Shown in pieces: positions 27,106 to 40,452 of a stretch of DNA of 54,923 nt (position 1 is its first letter; each line of letters opens with the position of its first letter). A model generated the notes under the pieces. That model saw only the letters and a program-made list of their open reading frames with translations, was not told the origin of the DNA and did no database searches. Source of the stretch: Chloroflexota bacterium. GTDB lineage: Bacteria; Chloroflexota; Limnocylindria; Limnocylindrales; CSP1-4. Made by a program: the position numbers and the translations under genes. The DNA lies in assembly GCA_003158295.1 (NCBI GenBank), contig PMIP01000067.1, positions 9,437 to 64,359 of the forward strand, in the 5' to 3' direction.

Positions 27106-28575
27106 TCACTGCCCGGGCGCGGTAGCGCCACGATCGCGCTTCCCCTCAGGCTCGCCCACTCTGAGGGGCGCGGCGAGTCCGCCCGCGGGATCTTGCCTAA
27201 TTAGCCCGCTCACGCCAAGCGCGAGCACCAGGATAAGGGCGAAGCTCGCGCCCTTATCTTCGAAGGGGAAGCTCTGGATGCCAAGGACTACGAGCACGAA
27301 TGCGAAGCCGACTACAGTGAGGTATTCGATGCGGACCCTCTCGCGCTGTCGCCACAGCTCGAAGGCCAGCCGCAGACAGGCGGCCGCGAACAGCGCCAGA
27401 GGGACGAGGCCGAGCAGGCCGAACTTGGCCAGGTAGATGAGTGGCGTGTCCAAGGTGGGAGTACTGACCACCTTGTTACCGCTGTTCGTCCATTGGAAGC
27501 TGTAACCGGGACCGACGCCGAGCAAGGGACTGCTCGTAAACGCCTGCCACGCAACCTTCATTTGTGACAGGCGCTCCTGGAGGCTCGGGTCGGATTCCGG
27601 GTTGGTTATGAGAGTGCCGATTTCGGATATCCGTTGGCCGAGACGGTCCGGTGCCGGCGTTGTCGCCGCTGTGGCCGCCGTCGGCGATGTCGGCACCGGC
27701 GTTGTCGCCGATGTTGCCGCCGTCGGCGATGTCGGCGATGTCGGCGTGGATGTGGGGTTGCTTGGTTGGGCGGTGGCTGCGGCCCCAATTCGAGGGAGCG
27801 AAACGTTGCCGTTGGCAACGGCGATTCCGAACTCGCCCGCGAAGAAGACCGCAAGCGCCATCGCCAATTCGATCATGAGTACGGGAGCCCCTCCTCGCCA
27901 CGGCCGGCCCGCGAACATAGCGACTCCGGTCGGCACCGCGAGCAGGAGCAGCGTTGAACGGGATCCGGTGATGAAGAAAAGGCCGAGGACTGCACCCGCC
28001 ATCGCCGCCCACCACCACCGGCGCGATGCGCCGGCGAGGGCCAGGGCAGTCGCCAGCGCCAGAAGGGCGGCGGCCAATGTCTCGGATGGCAAGGCGATCC
28101 GGTCGATGGGAAGGCTCGTCAAGTGGCGCCGGCTGATCCATTCGACAGCGAACGAGAGCGACGCCAGCGCACCGCAGACGGCGAGGAGGGCGACCAGCCA
28201 TCGCCGTGACGCTCTACAGGCGCACGCAAGCGCGAGGATGGGGGCGGCCGCAAACAATGCATAGGCGGAGGCGTCACGAAGCCACGAGGTGAACGACGTG
28301 TTGTGCACACGGGAGACAGCGAGCGAGACAATCAGGAGGGCCACGGTCGAAGCCGAGGCAATGAGCCAGGGCCTTGTGGTGGCGGTGCCCATTCTGGGCA
28401 GCCACCACGGGGCGCTCGCTACGGCCCCTGCCACTGCCGCGATCGCCAGCAGGAAGTAGACGACCTTGGGTGCTTCGAGATTGTTGGAGCCCTGAAGGGT
28501 GAGCAGGCCCCCGAGGATCACGACGAGCACGAGAATCCGCCCGTCGAGCAGTCTGGAAACGCTCAGTTCCGGCAC
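27106..28575 (-). CDS. O-antigen ligase/Wzy-like polytopic membrane protein
   Basis: ITGSRS, SLQER, PLLGVGPG, LAKFGLLG; P/T/S-rich loop. Confidence 0.78.
   Translation of the reverse strand: MPELSVSRLLDGRILVLVVILGGLLTLQGSNNLEAPKVVYFLLAIAAVAGAVASAPWWLPRMGTATTRPWLIASASTVALLIVSLAVSRVHNTSFTSWLRDASAYALFAAAPILALACACRASRRWLVALLAVCGALASLSFAVEWISRRHLTSLPIDRIALPSETLAAALLALATALALAGASRRWWWAAMAGAVLGLFFITGSRSTLLLLAVPTGVAMFAGRPWRGGAPVLMIELAMALAVFFAGEFGIAVANGNVSLPRIGAAATAQPSNPTSTPTSPTSPTAATSATTPVPTSPTAATAATTPAPDRLGQRISEIGTLITNPESDPSLQERLSQMKVAWQAFTSSPLLGVGPGYSFQWTNSGNKVVSTPTLDTPLIYLAKFGLLGLVPLALFAAACLRLAFELWRQRERVRIEYLTVVGFAFVLVVLGIQSFPFEDKGASFALILVLALGVSGLIRQDPAGGLAAPLRVGEPEGKRDRGATAPGQ
27654..27746 (-). 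repeat. Intragenic tandem repeat (two 42-bp units plus GATGTCGGC 9-mers) encoding PTSPTAATxATTP
   Basis: Units begin at 27654 and 27696. Confidence 0.85.
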
Positions 28576-28604
28576 GATTTAGCCCCCCATCTAGCGGCAG
28601 ACGG

Positions 28605-29900
28605 TCACGTATTAGGTCCTTGGCGAGGCCCGTTTGATCCTTCCTGGACAACGCCCGAGGCGCGAGCCTTCTGCCCGCTGGCAGAGGCCGGCGTCAACAA
28701 TCCTTCGACGAACCTGCGCCCTCGCTCCAGGCCCTCAGATGACATGAGGGCGGTCGCAGCATAGCTCGCTCCGGCGGCGCCGAGACGTGCCGCCAGTTCT
28801 GGATCGCTCCTGAGGCGGGCAAGGGCGAGCAGCAACGCCTCGGGATCTCCGGCAGGAACGGTCATGCCCGCTCCCGTTCGCTGGATTTCCCGGTAGGTCG
28901 CGCCGTCGTCGCGGACCGCGGCCACGATCGGCCGGCCGGCAGCGCAGTATGACGTGAGCTTGCTCGGCAGGGACATGTCGGCCACGGTCGATCGCTCGCT
29001 CACGAGAAGCACGTCGGCTGCGGCCAGGGCGGCCGCGTAGTCGCCGTCGGACTGGCTCGAGAGAAACTGGACGTTCGACAGGTGGGCTGCCGCCCGCTTG
29101 AGAGATGCCCGCTGATTGCCGTCTCCAAGCAGCACGAAACGAATGACGGGCTCCGCTGTCAACGCAATGTCCGCCGCATCCAGCACCTGTTCCAGGCCCT
29201 GCTTGAGACCCATGTTTCCGGCATGGAGGACGATCTGATCGGACCCCCATCCAAAACGCTTACGGGTCCTGGCGATGCTGGCCTTCACGGCGGGACGAAC
29301 GATCCAGTTCGGTATCTCCACAATCCGCTGGCCCCGAACACCAAGCGACCGTAGATAGGGCACGAATGAAGGGGAGACGACACCGACTGCCCGGGCGCGA
29401 TGAAGCGCCCAGCCCTCGAGGCGCGAAACTCCCCCTGCGACGCGCCCGCCCGCTTCCATCCCGCTCTGCTCCGCGGCGCGACCCATCAGGTCCTGGACGA
29501 TGACGCCGTACGGAACGTGCCAGCGCGCCGAGAAGATGCGGGCCAGGGCCCCTCCGCTCAGGCTCGGAACGATCCCCACCACGACGTCGGGGGGATCGAG
29601 GCGGGTGAACAGGCCGTTGAGCAGGAACGTACCCTCGTACAAGCCGCGGCCGATGACCGATTGCCGGGCCGGGACGTAGTGACGGCGCCGAATGACCTCC
29701 ACCCCCTCGATCACTTCGCGCCGGCGCAGGCCGCTTCGATAAGCCGCGTCCATGTGCCACGATGGGTAGTGCGGGAAGCCGGTGATGACGCTGACGCGAT
29801 GACCTGAATGAGCCAGGTGCTCGGCGAGCTCCGTCGTGTACGGCGCGTTTCCAGACGGCTCCGGCCAGTAGTTGATCGCGGCAAACAGGATGTGCGCCAT
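28605..29900 (-). CDS. GT4 glycosyltransferase, WcaI-like
   Basis: INYWPE, PHYPSW, GNMGLKQGL, LPSKL. Confidence 0.88.
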   Translation of the reverse strand: MAHILFAAINYWPEPSGNAPYTTELAEHLAHSGHRVSVITGFPHYPSWHMDAAYRSGLRRREVIEGVEVIRRRHYVPARQSVIGRGLYEGTFLLNGLFTRLDPPDVVVGIVPSLSGGALARIFSARWHVPYGVIVQDLMGRAAEQSGMEAGGRVAGGVSRLEGWALHRARAVGVVSPSFVPYLRSLGVRGQRIVEIPNWIVRPAVKASIARTRKRFGWGSDQIVLHAGNMGLKQGLEQVLDAADIALTAEPVIRFVLLGDGNQRASLKRAAAHLSNVQFLSSQSDGDYAAALAAADVLLVSERSTVADMSLPSKLTSYCAAGRPIVAAVRDDGATYREIQRTGAGMTVPAGDPEALLLALARLRSDPELAARLGAAGASYAATALMSSEGLERGRRFVEGLLTPASASGQKARASGVVQEGSNGPRQGPNT

Positions 29901-30081
29901 CCGATTGTGCTTCTCCACCCTTTGCTAGCACGCGACCACACCGAACCGTGGACTGTCTCCGGTCACCTAGCGCGCATGGTAGGTGCTACGGCGTGGTCAT
30001 TTCCGGCCGCGCAGCCAACCGTCCGTCGCTTTCGTCGCCTCCGCGATGATAGCCTCCCGGTCCGAACCCGAGCGGCGGCCT

Positions 30082-31638
30082 TCACTCAGGCGCTCTGCTT
30101 CCGTCCGCCGTCTTACTGAAGGCCAGCGCCAAGCCGGCCCCCGCTATGAGCCATATCAGGGAGAAGTTGAGGGCGTTGGTGGCCTGATAGGCGACGAGCA
30201 GAGATATCAGCGAGCCCAGGTACGCCGCGGCTATCGGGCCCGTGGCGGGGCGCCCTGACGCGCGCCAGAGAGCCAGCAGGAGCAGCGCGAAGCCGACAGT
30301 CAGACCCGCAAAGCCCACCACGCCCGATTCGTAGAGGGCGGCGACGGCGAGAATGGCAAGGTGGTCGGGAACTGCTGGACCCTGGGATAGATCTATGTGT
30401 CTCTGCCCGAACGAGTTGGCGCCCAAGCCGATAACAGGGTCGCGTTGCCAGTCCGTGAGGGCTGTGGGTATCCGGGCCAGGCGGAACGCGAGGGTATCGG
30501 TATCTGGCGGCTCCACGACAGGGGGCGGCTTTGATCCTCCCGCCGGTGGGACAGGCGTGACAGGCGTGACAGGCGGGATCGGGTCCACCCGGAGCTGTCC
30601 GATCAGGGTGTGACCTGGGAGGCCCGGCAGGACATACGGCCCGATCGCAAGCCCCCTGCCCCAGCCGGGAATGGTCACGTCGATCTGCTGGGCCTGGGTG
30701 CGAGCGGACGATAGCAGCGCCGGCGCGACGAAGATTCCGACGACGATCGCCCCGATGGCGACCGAGCCCGGAAGCAGCAGCCTGCGCGGTTCCTGCTTCC
30801 GGTAGAGGATCACGCCGGCGTAGGCGATCAGGCCGGCGGCCAACCCCAAGTACGCGCCGCGGGTCAGGCCCACCGCCAATCCCGCAAGCATCAACGCGAC
30901 GAGCGCCGCACTCCTCAGCCGGGGCCTGGACCGGCACTCTTCGATGGCGAAAGGAGTTATGGCCCCGAGGAGGCTGGCATACACGTTCGCCTCCCACGAC
31001 AGGCCGAAGACCTTGATGTCCATGCCTGGCAGAGATTGCCCGCCGGCGATGCTGTAGAAGAGGAGCGCGACCAGAATCCCCGCCGCGGCCTGTGGCACCG
31101 TCGCGAGTCGCAGCCAGTGAGGACCGCCCTCTGGGCCCTCTTCAAACAACAGCAGGAAGGCAAGCAGTCCGCCGGCCATGGAAAGGCCGATCCAGACGAT
31201 CATGCGCAGGCTGTCGGCCCGGTCCGGTGAGTACAGCAGTGAAGAGGCGATGAGCGCCCCCAGGTAGATCACGAAGGCGATCGCCATCGGCCGGAGACGT
31301 CTCCATGTCGCGAGATCGGGCAGCCGGCGCGCATACAGCAGCGCGAGAAGCCCGGCGGCGATCGCGGGTTGCTCGAGCCGCATGTTGCCCAGCTGGGTGT
31401 CGATCGTCCACCGGGAAAGAGAGGCAAGCAGGAATAGGATCCCGAACGCAACCACCGGGCGCCGCGTGGACAGAAACGCGACCAGGCCCGCTCCGCCGAC
31501 CGCAAGGACGGCGGGGGGAAGGCTGGCCAGTGTGCGATCGCTCAGCAGCCACATGCCCGCGATGCCCCCCAGAACGAGGGCGACGAGCGCGAGCGATCGC
31601 CAGGATCTGACCAGGCTCACGTTCGCACGGGCGATCAT
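30082..31638 (-). CDS. O-antigen ligase/Wzy-like polytopic membrane protein
   Basis: EANVYA, LTRGA, PVIGLGANSF, H..LYESGVVG; Pro-rich loop; AGGAG SD. Confidence 0.8.
   Translation of the reverse strand: MIARANVSLVRSWRSLALVALVLGGIAGMWLLSDRTLASLPPAVLAVGGAGLVAFLSTRRPVVAFGILFLLASLSRWTIDTQLGNMRLEQPAIAAGLLALLYARRLPDLATWRRLRPMAIAFVIYLGALIASSLLYSPDRADSLRMIVWIGLSMAGGLLAFLLLFEEGPEGGPHWLRLATVPQAAAGILVALLFYSIAGGQSLPGMDIKVFGLSWEANVYASLLGAITPFAIEECRSRPRLRSAALVALMLAGLAVGLTRGAYLGLAAGLIAYAGVILYRKQEPRRLLLPGSVAIGAIVVGIFVAPALLSSARTQAQQIDVTIPGWGRGLAIGPYVLPGLPGHTLIGQLRVDPIPPVTPVTPVPPAGGSKPPPVVEPPDTDTLAFRLARIPTALTDWQRDPVIGLGANSFGQRHIDLSQGPAVPDHLAILAVAALYESGVVGFAGLTVGFALLLLALWRASGRPATGPIAAAYLGSLISLLVAYQATNALNFSLIWLIAGAGLALAFSKTADGSRAPE
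30550..30575 (-). repeat. Three 9-bp tandem units (GACAGGCGT on +) encoding PVT-PVT-PVP
   Basis: Seen directly in sequence. Confidence 0.8.
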
Positions 31639-31816
31639 CCAGTTCTCCTGTCTCTTCTAGACCTCACAAGTCACCGACAGGCTGGCTGGCCCGGTCTTCT
31701 TCGGCGGCAAGAGCATACCGGATGGACCGGCCAGACCGGTCGCGGCGCCGCTGCTCGCTTGGCGAGGCTGGGCGCTACTATCGCGGAGCCTCGCAACGAT
31801 GAACAATAGGAGGGGA

Positions 31817-33625
31817 ATGAGCGTGACCCGACCGGTGTCGACCGCGCGAGGGAACGACCCGCGAAGGTGGCCGCGTCGTCTCTCGCCCGACCTCCTCTGG
31901 GACCGGCGTCTCGCGATTGCGATCCTCGTTGCCGTCGGCATCGCGATGCTGGCGCTCCTGCTCTTCGTATCTCGCTGGGTGACGTTCTGGCAGGACGAGT
32001 GGAACTTCATCGTTCAACGGCCCGATCCCAGCGTCCGCTCGTTCTTCGCCCCCCAGGTCGACACACTCCTCGCTACGTTGGTCGCCGTCTACGAGGTACT
32101 GCTGGCCATCTTCGGGCTGCATACGTACCTGCCCTACCTGCTCGTAACCTGGTTGGCGGACTTCATCTGCGTCGGCCTCCTGTATCACATCGTCGCCCGA
32201 CGATCCGGGGTACTGCTCGGGCTCATGGCCGGCCTATCCGTCCTGCTGCTGGGCAGTGCCTACGAGGACCTGCTGCAGCCCTTCCAGATGCAATACCTGC
32301 TGGCGGCCGCCGGCGGCCTGCTCGCCCTGGACCGCCTGCTCCTGGTGGAGGGGGAGCTGTCCGGATCTCACAGCCGGCGAGATCTCATGGTGACGGTCCT
32401 GGCTCTCGTCTTCGCCGTCGCCTCGTCGAGCCTCGGTCCCATCTTCGTCGGGCTCATCCTGGTCTGGGCAGTGCTCCATCGCGACCGGGCCGCGCTCCTC
32501 GCGGCCCTACCTGCAGTCGCCCTGTACGGCGTGTGGTACGCCACCTGGTCGAGGGAGTTCCAGGCCCTTCCCCAGACGAGCTTCTCCCTGGCCACGGGCA
32601 CCGAGTCGCTCCTGTACGGCCTGGGGGCGGCCACTTGCGGCGTCGTTGGATTGCCGCCGGACCACGACGCCTGGTTCGGCACCTTGATACTCGCGGCGGC
32701 CGGCGCCTGCGTGGCCGTGGCGATGGTCCGCGGGCTTCGCCCGGCGCCGCTGGCAGCCGCAGCTCTTGCGGCGCTCGTCGCCGAGTACGGCCTTCAGGCG
32801 TTCCTCCGCGGCTCCTTCGGTGTCGAGCACGCGGCTCGCTCCGGCTACCTGTACCCGGCTGCGCTCTTCGTGTGGCTTGCCATCTCGGGCATTGTGGGAC
32901 GCGGTCTGGACCGTGATACATGGATCGGGCGAGGGAGGTTGGTGCTCGTCCCGGCCGCCATCTTCCTCTTGATCGTGCCGATGTCGATCGGGAACATGCG
33001 CCAGTTCGTTGGCGCCGCCCGGGGGGAGAAGGGCATCCGAGCGACCGAAATGGCAGAACTGGACCTGGCTGTGGCCGTGAGCTCGGTCCCCGGCGTAAAC
33101 CTGGACGTCGGGATCGATCCCAACTATGTTCCGCAGCTCACCGCTCGAGACTACCTGGCCGTGATCCGGCGCTTTGGAGAGCCGGCGCTGGCCTGGGACT
33201 GGGAGGCCGCGGCTGATAGCCAGGCGGTCAACATGACGGCCGTTCGACTCCTCGGCTCTGCCGTCCAATTCGTCCCGCCCACGCCCTCAGACGCAGCCGC
33301 GCCGCCGCTCGACGTCAAGGGTGGCACCGCCGAGTCCGGTACCTCAGCCGGCTGCAGCCTGGTGCGTCCCTCGGGGCCCGGTACCGTGGTCTCCGTGCCC
33401 GCCAACGGGCGAGCCATCTGGCTGAAGTCGCCACCGCCCGGCATTGTCCTCCTGGTGGGAATCGCCGGTCAGCCATCCGCTTCCCTGGACGGACGTGCCG
33501 GCGATGCGCTGGCCAGCGGGCAGGCCATGATCCTGCCCAACCTTCCGGAGCCCTATGGGTGGCAGGCGCTGCTTGCCCAGGTCGGAACGCAGCCCTTCGA
33601 GGTCTGCTCGGCGCCTGCGCAGTAG
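31817..33625 (+). CDS. Polytopic membrane protein, GT-C-like
   Basis: Acidic WQDEW after TM1, about 10+ TM segments, soluble C-terminal domain; AGGAGG SD. Confidence 0.6.
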   Translation: MSVTRPVSTARGNDPRRWPRRLSPDLLWDRRLAIAILVAVGIAMLALLLFVSRWVTFWQDEWNFIVQRPDPSVRSFFAPQVDTLLATLVAVYEVLLAIFGLHTYLPYLLVTWLADFICVGLLYHIVARRSGVLLGLMAGLSVLLLGSAYEDLLQPFQMQYLLAAAGGLLALDRLLLVEGELSGSHSRRDLMVTVLALVFAVASSSLGPIFVGLILVWAVLHRDRAALLAALPAVALYGVWYATWSREFQALPQTSFSLATGTESLLYGLGAATCGVVGLPPDHDAWFGTLILAAAGACVAVAMVRGLRPAPLAAAALAALVAEYGLQAFLRGSFGVEHAARSGYLYPAALFVWLAISGIVGRGLDRDTWIGRGRLVLVPAAIFLLIVPMSIGNMRQFVGAARGEKGIRATEMAELDLAVAVSSVPGVNLDVGIDPNYVPQLTARDYLAVIRRFGEPALAWDWEAAADSQAVNMTAVRLLGSAVQFVPPTPSDAAAPPLDVKGGTAESGTSAGCSLVRPSGPGTVVSVPANGRAIWLKSPPPGIVLLVGIAGQPSASLDGRAGDALASGQAMILPNLPEPYGWQALLAQVGTQPFEVCSAPAQ

Positions 33626-33694
33626 GACGACCCTGTCGTAGCTGGCACCCCAAGGGAGCGCTCCGGCGAATGCGCTGCTTCTGGCGCGACCGTG

Positions 33695-34636
33695 TTAGTG
33701 GGTCTTGCTCGCCCTTGCCTCAGCCTCCGCCTCGGCGAGAAGGTCGACAAGAGTGCGCTCGATGGGTATCTCAGGGTGCCAGCCGGTCAGCTGGGCCAGC
33801 AGCGAGGCGTCACCGCAGATCTCGGGCGGGTCGTTCTCTCGCAAGAGCGCCGGGTCCAGCTGGACGACGGGCGCGATCCCGGCCAGCGCGCAGAGTCGCT
33901 CGATGAACGATCGGATCGAGTCTGCCTGGCCGGTGGCCACGTTGACCACGATTGGAGCGCTGCCTAGGTGGCCGCCGGCCGCGGAGACGAGCAGCAGTCG
34001 GTAGGCACGCACGACATCGCGGACATCGCCAATGTCACGCCGCACGTCCACATTGCCGGCAACGATCGCCGGGGCTTCGCCTCTTCTGACCGCCACAACG
34101 CGTCGCGCCAGGGCGGGCAGCACGAAGACCGGCCGCTGTCCCGGTCCGCTGTGATTGAACGCGCGAGTCACCACGACCGGAAAGCCCCATCGAGCGCCGG
34201 CCTCCACGGCGACGGCCTCTTGGGCTGCCTTGGAGTACGCATATGGCTCTCGTGGATTCAGCGGGGCCGATTCGGAGAGGGGCAGGTCCTCTCGACCAAC
34301 GGCACCGTAGACATCGGACGAGCCCGACACGAGCACCGGTGGCCGGTAGCCCAATTCGCGGAGCGCCTCGAAGACGGCGATCGTGCCGCCCACGTTGACT
34401 CGGAACGCTTCGGTCGGGTCGCTGCCGGCATCGGGAGCAAAGGCCATCCCGGCCAGATGCGCAACCGCATCGGGATGACCGTTAGGCCCGGAGAACCACC
34501 GCACCAATCCGGCGCGGTCGGTGATCTCCAACTCGTCGGGGCCGGGGGCACCGACCACTTCGTGACCTGCCGCCACCAGCTCGCGCTGCATCCAGCCGCC
34601 CACGAAGCCGATGGCACCGGTGACGAAGACCCTCAT
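33695..34636 (-). CDS. GDP-4-keto-6-deoxymannose reductase-like (Rmd-type) extended SDR
   Basis: TGAIGFVG, YAYSK, RAFNHSGPGQ, GNVDVRRD; directly downstream of gmd. Confidence 0.78.
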   Translation of the reverse strand: MRVFVTGAIGFVGGWMQRELVAAGHEVVGAPGPDELEITDRAGLVRWFSGPNGHPDAVAHLAGMAFAPDAGSDPTEAFRVNVGGTIAVFEALRELGYRPPVLVSGSSDVYGAVGREDLPLSESAPLNPREPYAYSKAAQEAVAVEAGARWGFPVVVTRAFNHSGPGQRPVFVLPALARRVVAVRRGEAPAIVAGNVDVRRDIGDVRDVVRAYRLLLVSAAGGHLGSAPIVVNVATGQADSIRSFIERLCALAGIAPVVQLDPALLRENDPPEICGDASLLAQLTGWHPEIPIERTLVDLLAEAEAEARASKTH

Positions 34637-34652
34637 ACGCTGGAGCTCCCGC

Positions 34653-36799
<2,147 letters not shown>

Positions 36800-36802
<3 letters not shown>

Positions 36803-36818
36803 AATGACTGTGATGGTA
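36800..36818. promoter_or_regulatory. Putative interlocked bidirectional -10 promoters
   Basis: CATAAT (+, 36800-36805) and TACCAT (-, 36813-36818), each overlapping the opposite start codon. Confidence 0.5.
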
Positions 36819-37943
36819 CCCGTATCCCACCGAATTCGAGTAGCACTCGACGCTCATGTCGTCGGCCGCCGCAAGACCGGCAACGAGACCTACATCGTCA
36901 ATCTGGCCCAGGCGCTGATGCGACGCGATGACGTCGACCCGACGGTGTACGTCGACGCGGGCACGGAATGGCCAACGGACTGCCCGCCCGTCCGCCGCGA
37001 TCTTCGTGCCAGGGCGCCCTACTTTCGTGTCCCCGTGGAGCTCCCGTTCCGCGCCAAGCGAGATGGAGCGGAGCTGCTCCATGTTCAGTACGTGGCGCCG
37101 CCCCTGGCCAGGCTGCCGGTCGTGACCGCCATCCACGACGTGTCGTTCGAGGATGTGCACGGGCTATTCTCGCGGTCGACGGCGGTGCGCTTGAAGCTGA
37201 CAGTCCGGCTTTCCGCAAAGCGCTCCGCGGCGATCATCACCATATCCGAGTTCACGCGGTCGCGGATCAGCCACCACTACGGAATCGATCCTGCGAAGAT
37301 CGTGGTCACGCCGCTTGGAGTAGAACCCTTCTGGCATCCGATATGCACGGAGGATGCCATGCGCGGACTCTCCGGCCTGGGTCTCCCGGCTCGATTCGTG
37401 CTGACTGTCGGGAACCTTCATCCGCGTAAGAACATCCCGCGGCTAATACGAGCTCTCGCCAGAGCCAGGGCGGAAGGAGCCGGCGACCTCCATCTAGTGC
37501 TCGCGGGCCAGCGCGCCTGGAAGGCCGCCGCCGTCGACGCGGCGGTGGAGGAAGCCGATGGCCGCGGCTGGGTTCACGAGCTCGGCTACGTGAGCGTGGA
37601 GACTCTCCGCGCCCTCAACTCCGCCGCCCACGTGGTGGCCTACCCGTCGAAGTACGAGGGCTTCGGACTTCCGGTGCTGGAGGCGCTGGCCTGCGGCGCC
37701 GTGGTGCTCGCGGCAGACGCGACAGCTATCCCGGAAGTCGCCGGCGACGCCGCGGTCCTTGTCGATCCCGACGATGACGGAGCGGTCACGAAGGGCCTGC
37801 TCCGGGCGGCCACCGATGAGTCATTGCGGTCCCGTTTGCGTCTCGCCGGTCCCTTGCGGGCAGCCGCTTTCACCTGGGACGCCTGTGCCCAGCGGACGCT
37901 GGAGGCATATCGTCTGGCTCTCGGCAGCGACCGGTCTTCGTGA
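36813..37943 (+). CDS. GT4 glycosyltransferase (MtfB/WbpY-like)
   Basis: RVALDAH, IHDVSF, PRKN, YEGFGLPVLEA. Confidence 0.92.
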   Translation: MVPVSHRIRVALDAHVVGRRKTGNETYIVNLAQALMRRDDVDPTVYVDAGTEWPTDCPPVRRDLRARAPYFRVPVELPFRAKRDGAELLHVQYVAPPLARLPVVTAIHDVSFEDVHGLFSRSTAVRLKLTVRLSAKRSAAIITISEFTRSRISHHYGIDPAKIVVTPLGVEPFWHPICTEDAMRGLSGLGLPARFVLTVGNLHPRKNIPRLIRALARARAEGAGDLHLVLAGQRAWKAAAVDAAVEEADGRGWVHELGYVSVETLRALNSAAHVVAYPSKYEGFGLPVLEALACGAVVLAADATAIPEVAGDAAVLVDPDDDGAVTKGLLRAATDESLRSRLRLAGPLRAAAFTWDACAQRTLEAYRLALGSDRSS

Positions 37944-38049
37944 GCGCGGCGGCCACGTAGCCGGCGGTCCGAGCCCCTCGATCTTCGTGCCTGGCGCTCA
38001 GCGGCGGCCGGCGACCTCAGGCGGGCGCTTCAAGCACCCGCCGTGCGCC

Positions 38050-39267
38050 TCAGCCACCCCGGCCTTGACCGGCCTGGACGACGTCGTACAGATCGTTTTC
38101 GTAGTCGGCCGCGATCGATCGCCAGTCGTAGCGCTCCTCGACGAGCCGCCGGGCCGATTCGGCCATCGCCCGTCGCGCGGAGACATCGTCGAGGAGGCGG
38201 ATGATCTCGTTGGCGAAGGTCTCTTCGTCGTCCGCCACTGCGAGATCGATGCCGTGGCGAACGGCTATTCCGGCGCTCGCCACAGTCGTTGCGACCGTGG
38301 GCAGCCCGACCGCGAATGCCTCGAGCAGCTTCAGGCGGGTACCTCCACCCGCCCGGAGAGGCGCCACGAACAGGTCGGCCTCCTCCAGGAATGGCCGCAC
38401 GTCCGGGACGCGGCCAACGATCTCCACGGCGATCCCGGCTCGCCTCCGCAACGACTCCGGTGCGCTGGCACCCACGAGAACCAGGCGAGCCGAGGGACGC
38501 ACCCGGCGCACGGCCGGGAGAATCCGATCGATCATCCAGTTCGCCGCATCGAGATTGGGCAGGTACCCCAGAGTGCCTGTCATCAGGAGACTGTCGCCGC
38601 GGTTCTTCCCATGATCCACGTACTTCAGCGACCGCAGGTCCGCGCCACTGGGCCGGACCGTTACCGAGGCCGATGGCACGAGCTTGCGGAAAGCCAGAGC
38701 GTCTGCATCGGAGACGGCCGCGGTCCTTTGCACACGCTGCAGCAGCCCGCGCTCGTAGGATCGCCATTTCCAGACGTCCAGGCGCGCGCGGGCTCGACCC
38801 ATTCGCGTCGGCGCGAGGCGGGCGATCTCGCTGCTTATCTGGGACTCCACGTTCTGCTGGTCGAGGATGACTGGCACTCCGGCCTCGATGAACGGGGCGG
38901 CGTATCGTCCGACATGAGCCTGCATCAGTAGGACAACGTCGAAGCGGCGCGCCTCCTCGCCATACGGGATGCCCCCAAACGGGGGGCGAGCCCATACCTC
39001 ACTCGGCAGCGGTGAGAGGAGTGCGGAGATCTTGGAGCGGATGGAGCTGCGGGCCAGGGCGGGGAGAGCCCGAAGCTGGGGCCGTGGCTCACCGCTCGAC
39101 CACTCAAGCTCGGGCTCGTCTGACGGCGCCACCCACAGGGTGACCTCGTGGCCCAGACGCATCCACTCCTGCAGAAGGTGGTAGATACGCATCTTGCCGC
39201 CGCCAACCGGGGGGTACGCGGCGTATGGGCTGACCGCAAGCAAGCGCAAACGCGCTCGGGATTCCAT
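38050..39267 (-). CDS. GT4 glycosyltransferase
   Basis: YLPNLDA, GRVPDVRP, GGGTRLKLLEA. Confidence 0.9.
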   Translation of the reverse strand: MESRARLRLLAVSPYAAYPPVGGGKMRIYHLLQEWMRLGHEVTLWVAPSDEPELEWSSGEPRPQLRALPALARSSIRSKISALLSPLPSEVWARPPFGGIPYGEEARRFDVVLLMQAHVGRYAAPFIEAGVPVILDQQNVESQISSEIARLAPTRMGRARARLDVWKWRSYERGLLQRVQRTAAVSDADALAFRKLVPSASVTVRPSGADLRSLKYVDHGKNRGDSLLMTGTLGYLPNLDAANWMIDRILPAVRRVRPSARLVLVGASAPESLRRRAGIAVEIVGRVPDVRPFLEEADLFVAPLRAGGGTRLKLLEAFAVGLPTVATTVASAGIAVRHGIDLAVADDEETFANEIIRLLDDVSARRAMAESARRLVEERYDWRSIAADYENDLYDVVQAGQGRGG

Positions 39268-39269
39268 AG

Positions 39270-40355
<1,086 letters not shown>

Positions 40356-40452
40356 GCGCCGAGCCGCAGGGATCGGACGCGGCGGCGGATCGCATGGAGA
40401 GGACCAAACCGGACAGGGTCTCGCCGTCCGGGCGCCTCTAGGTTGGCCGCCT

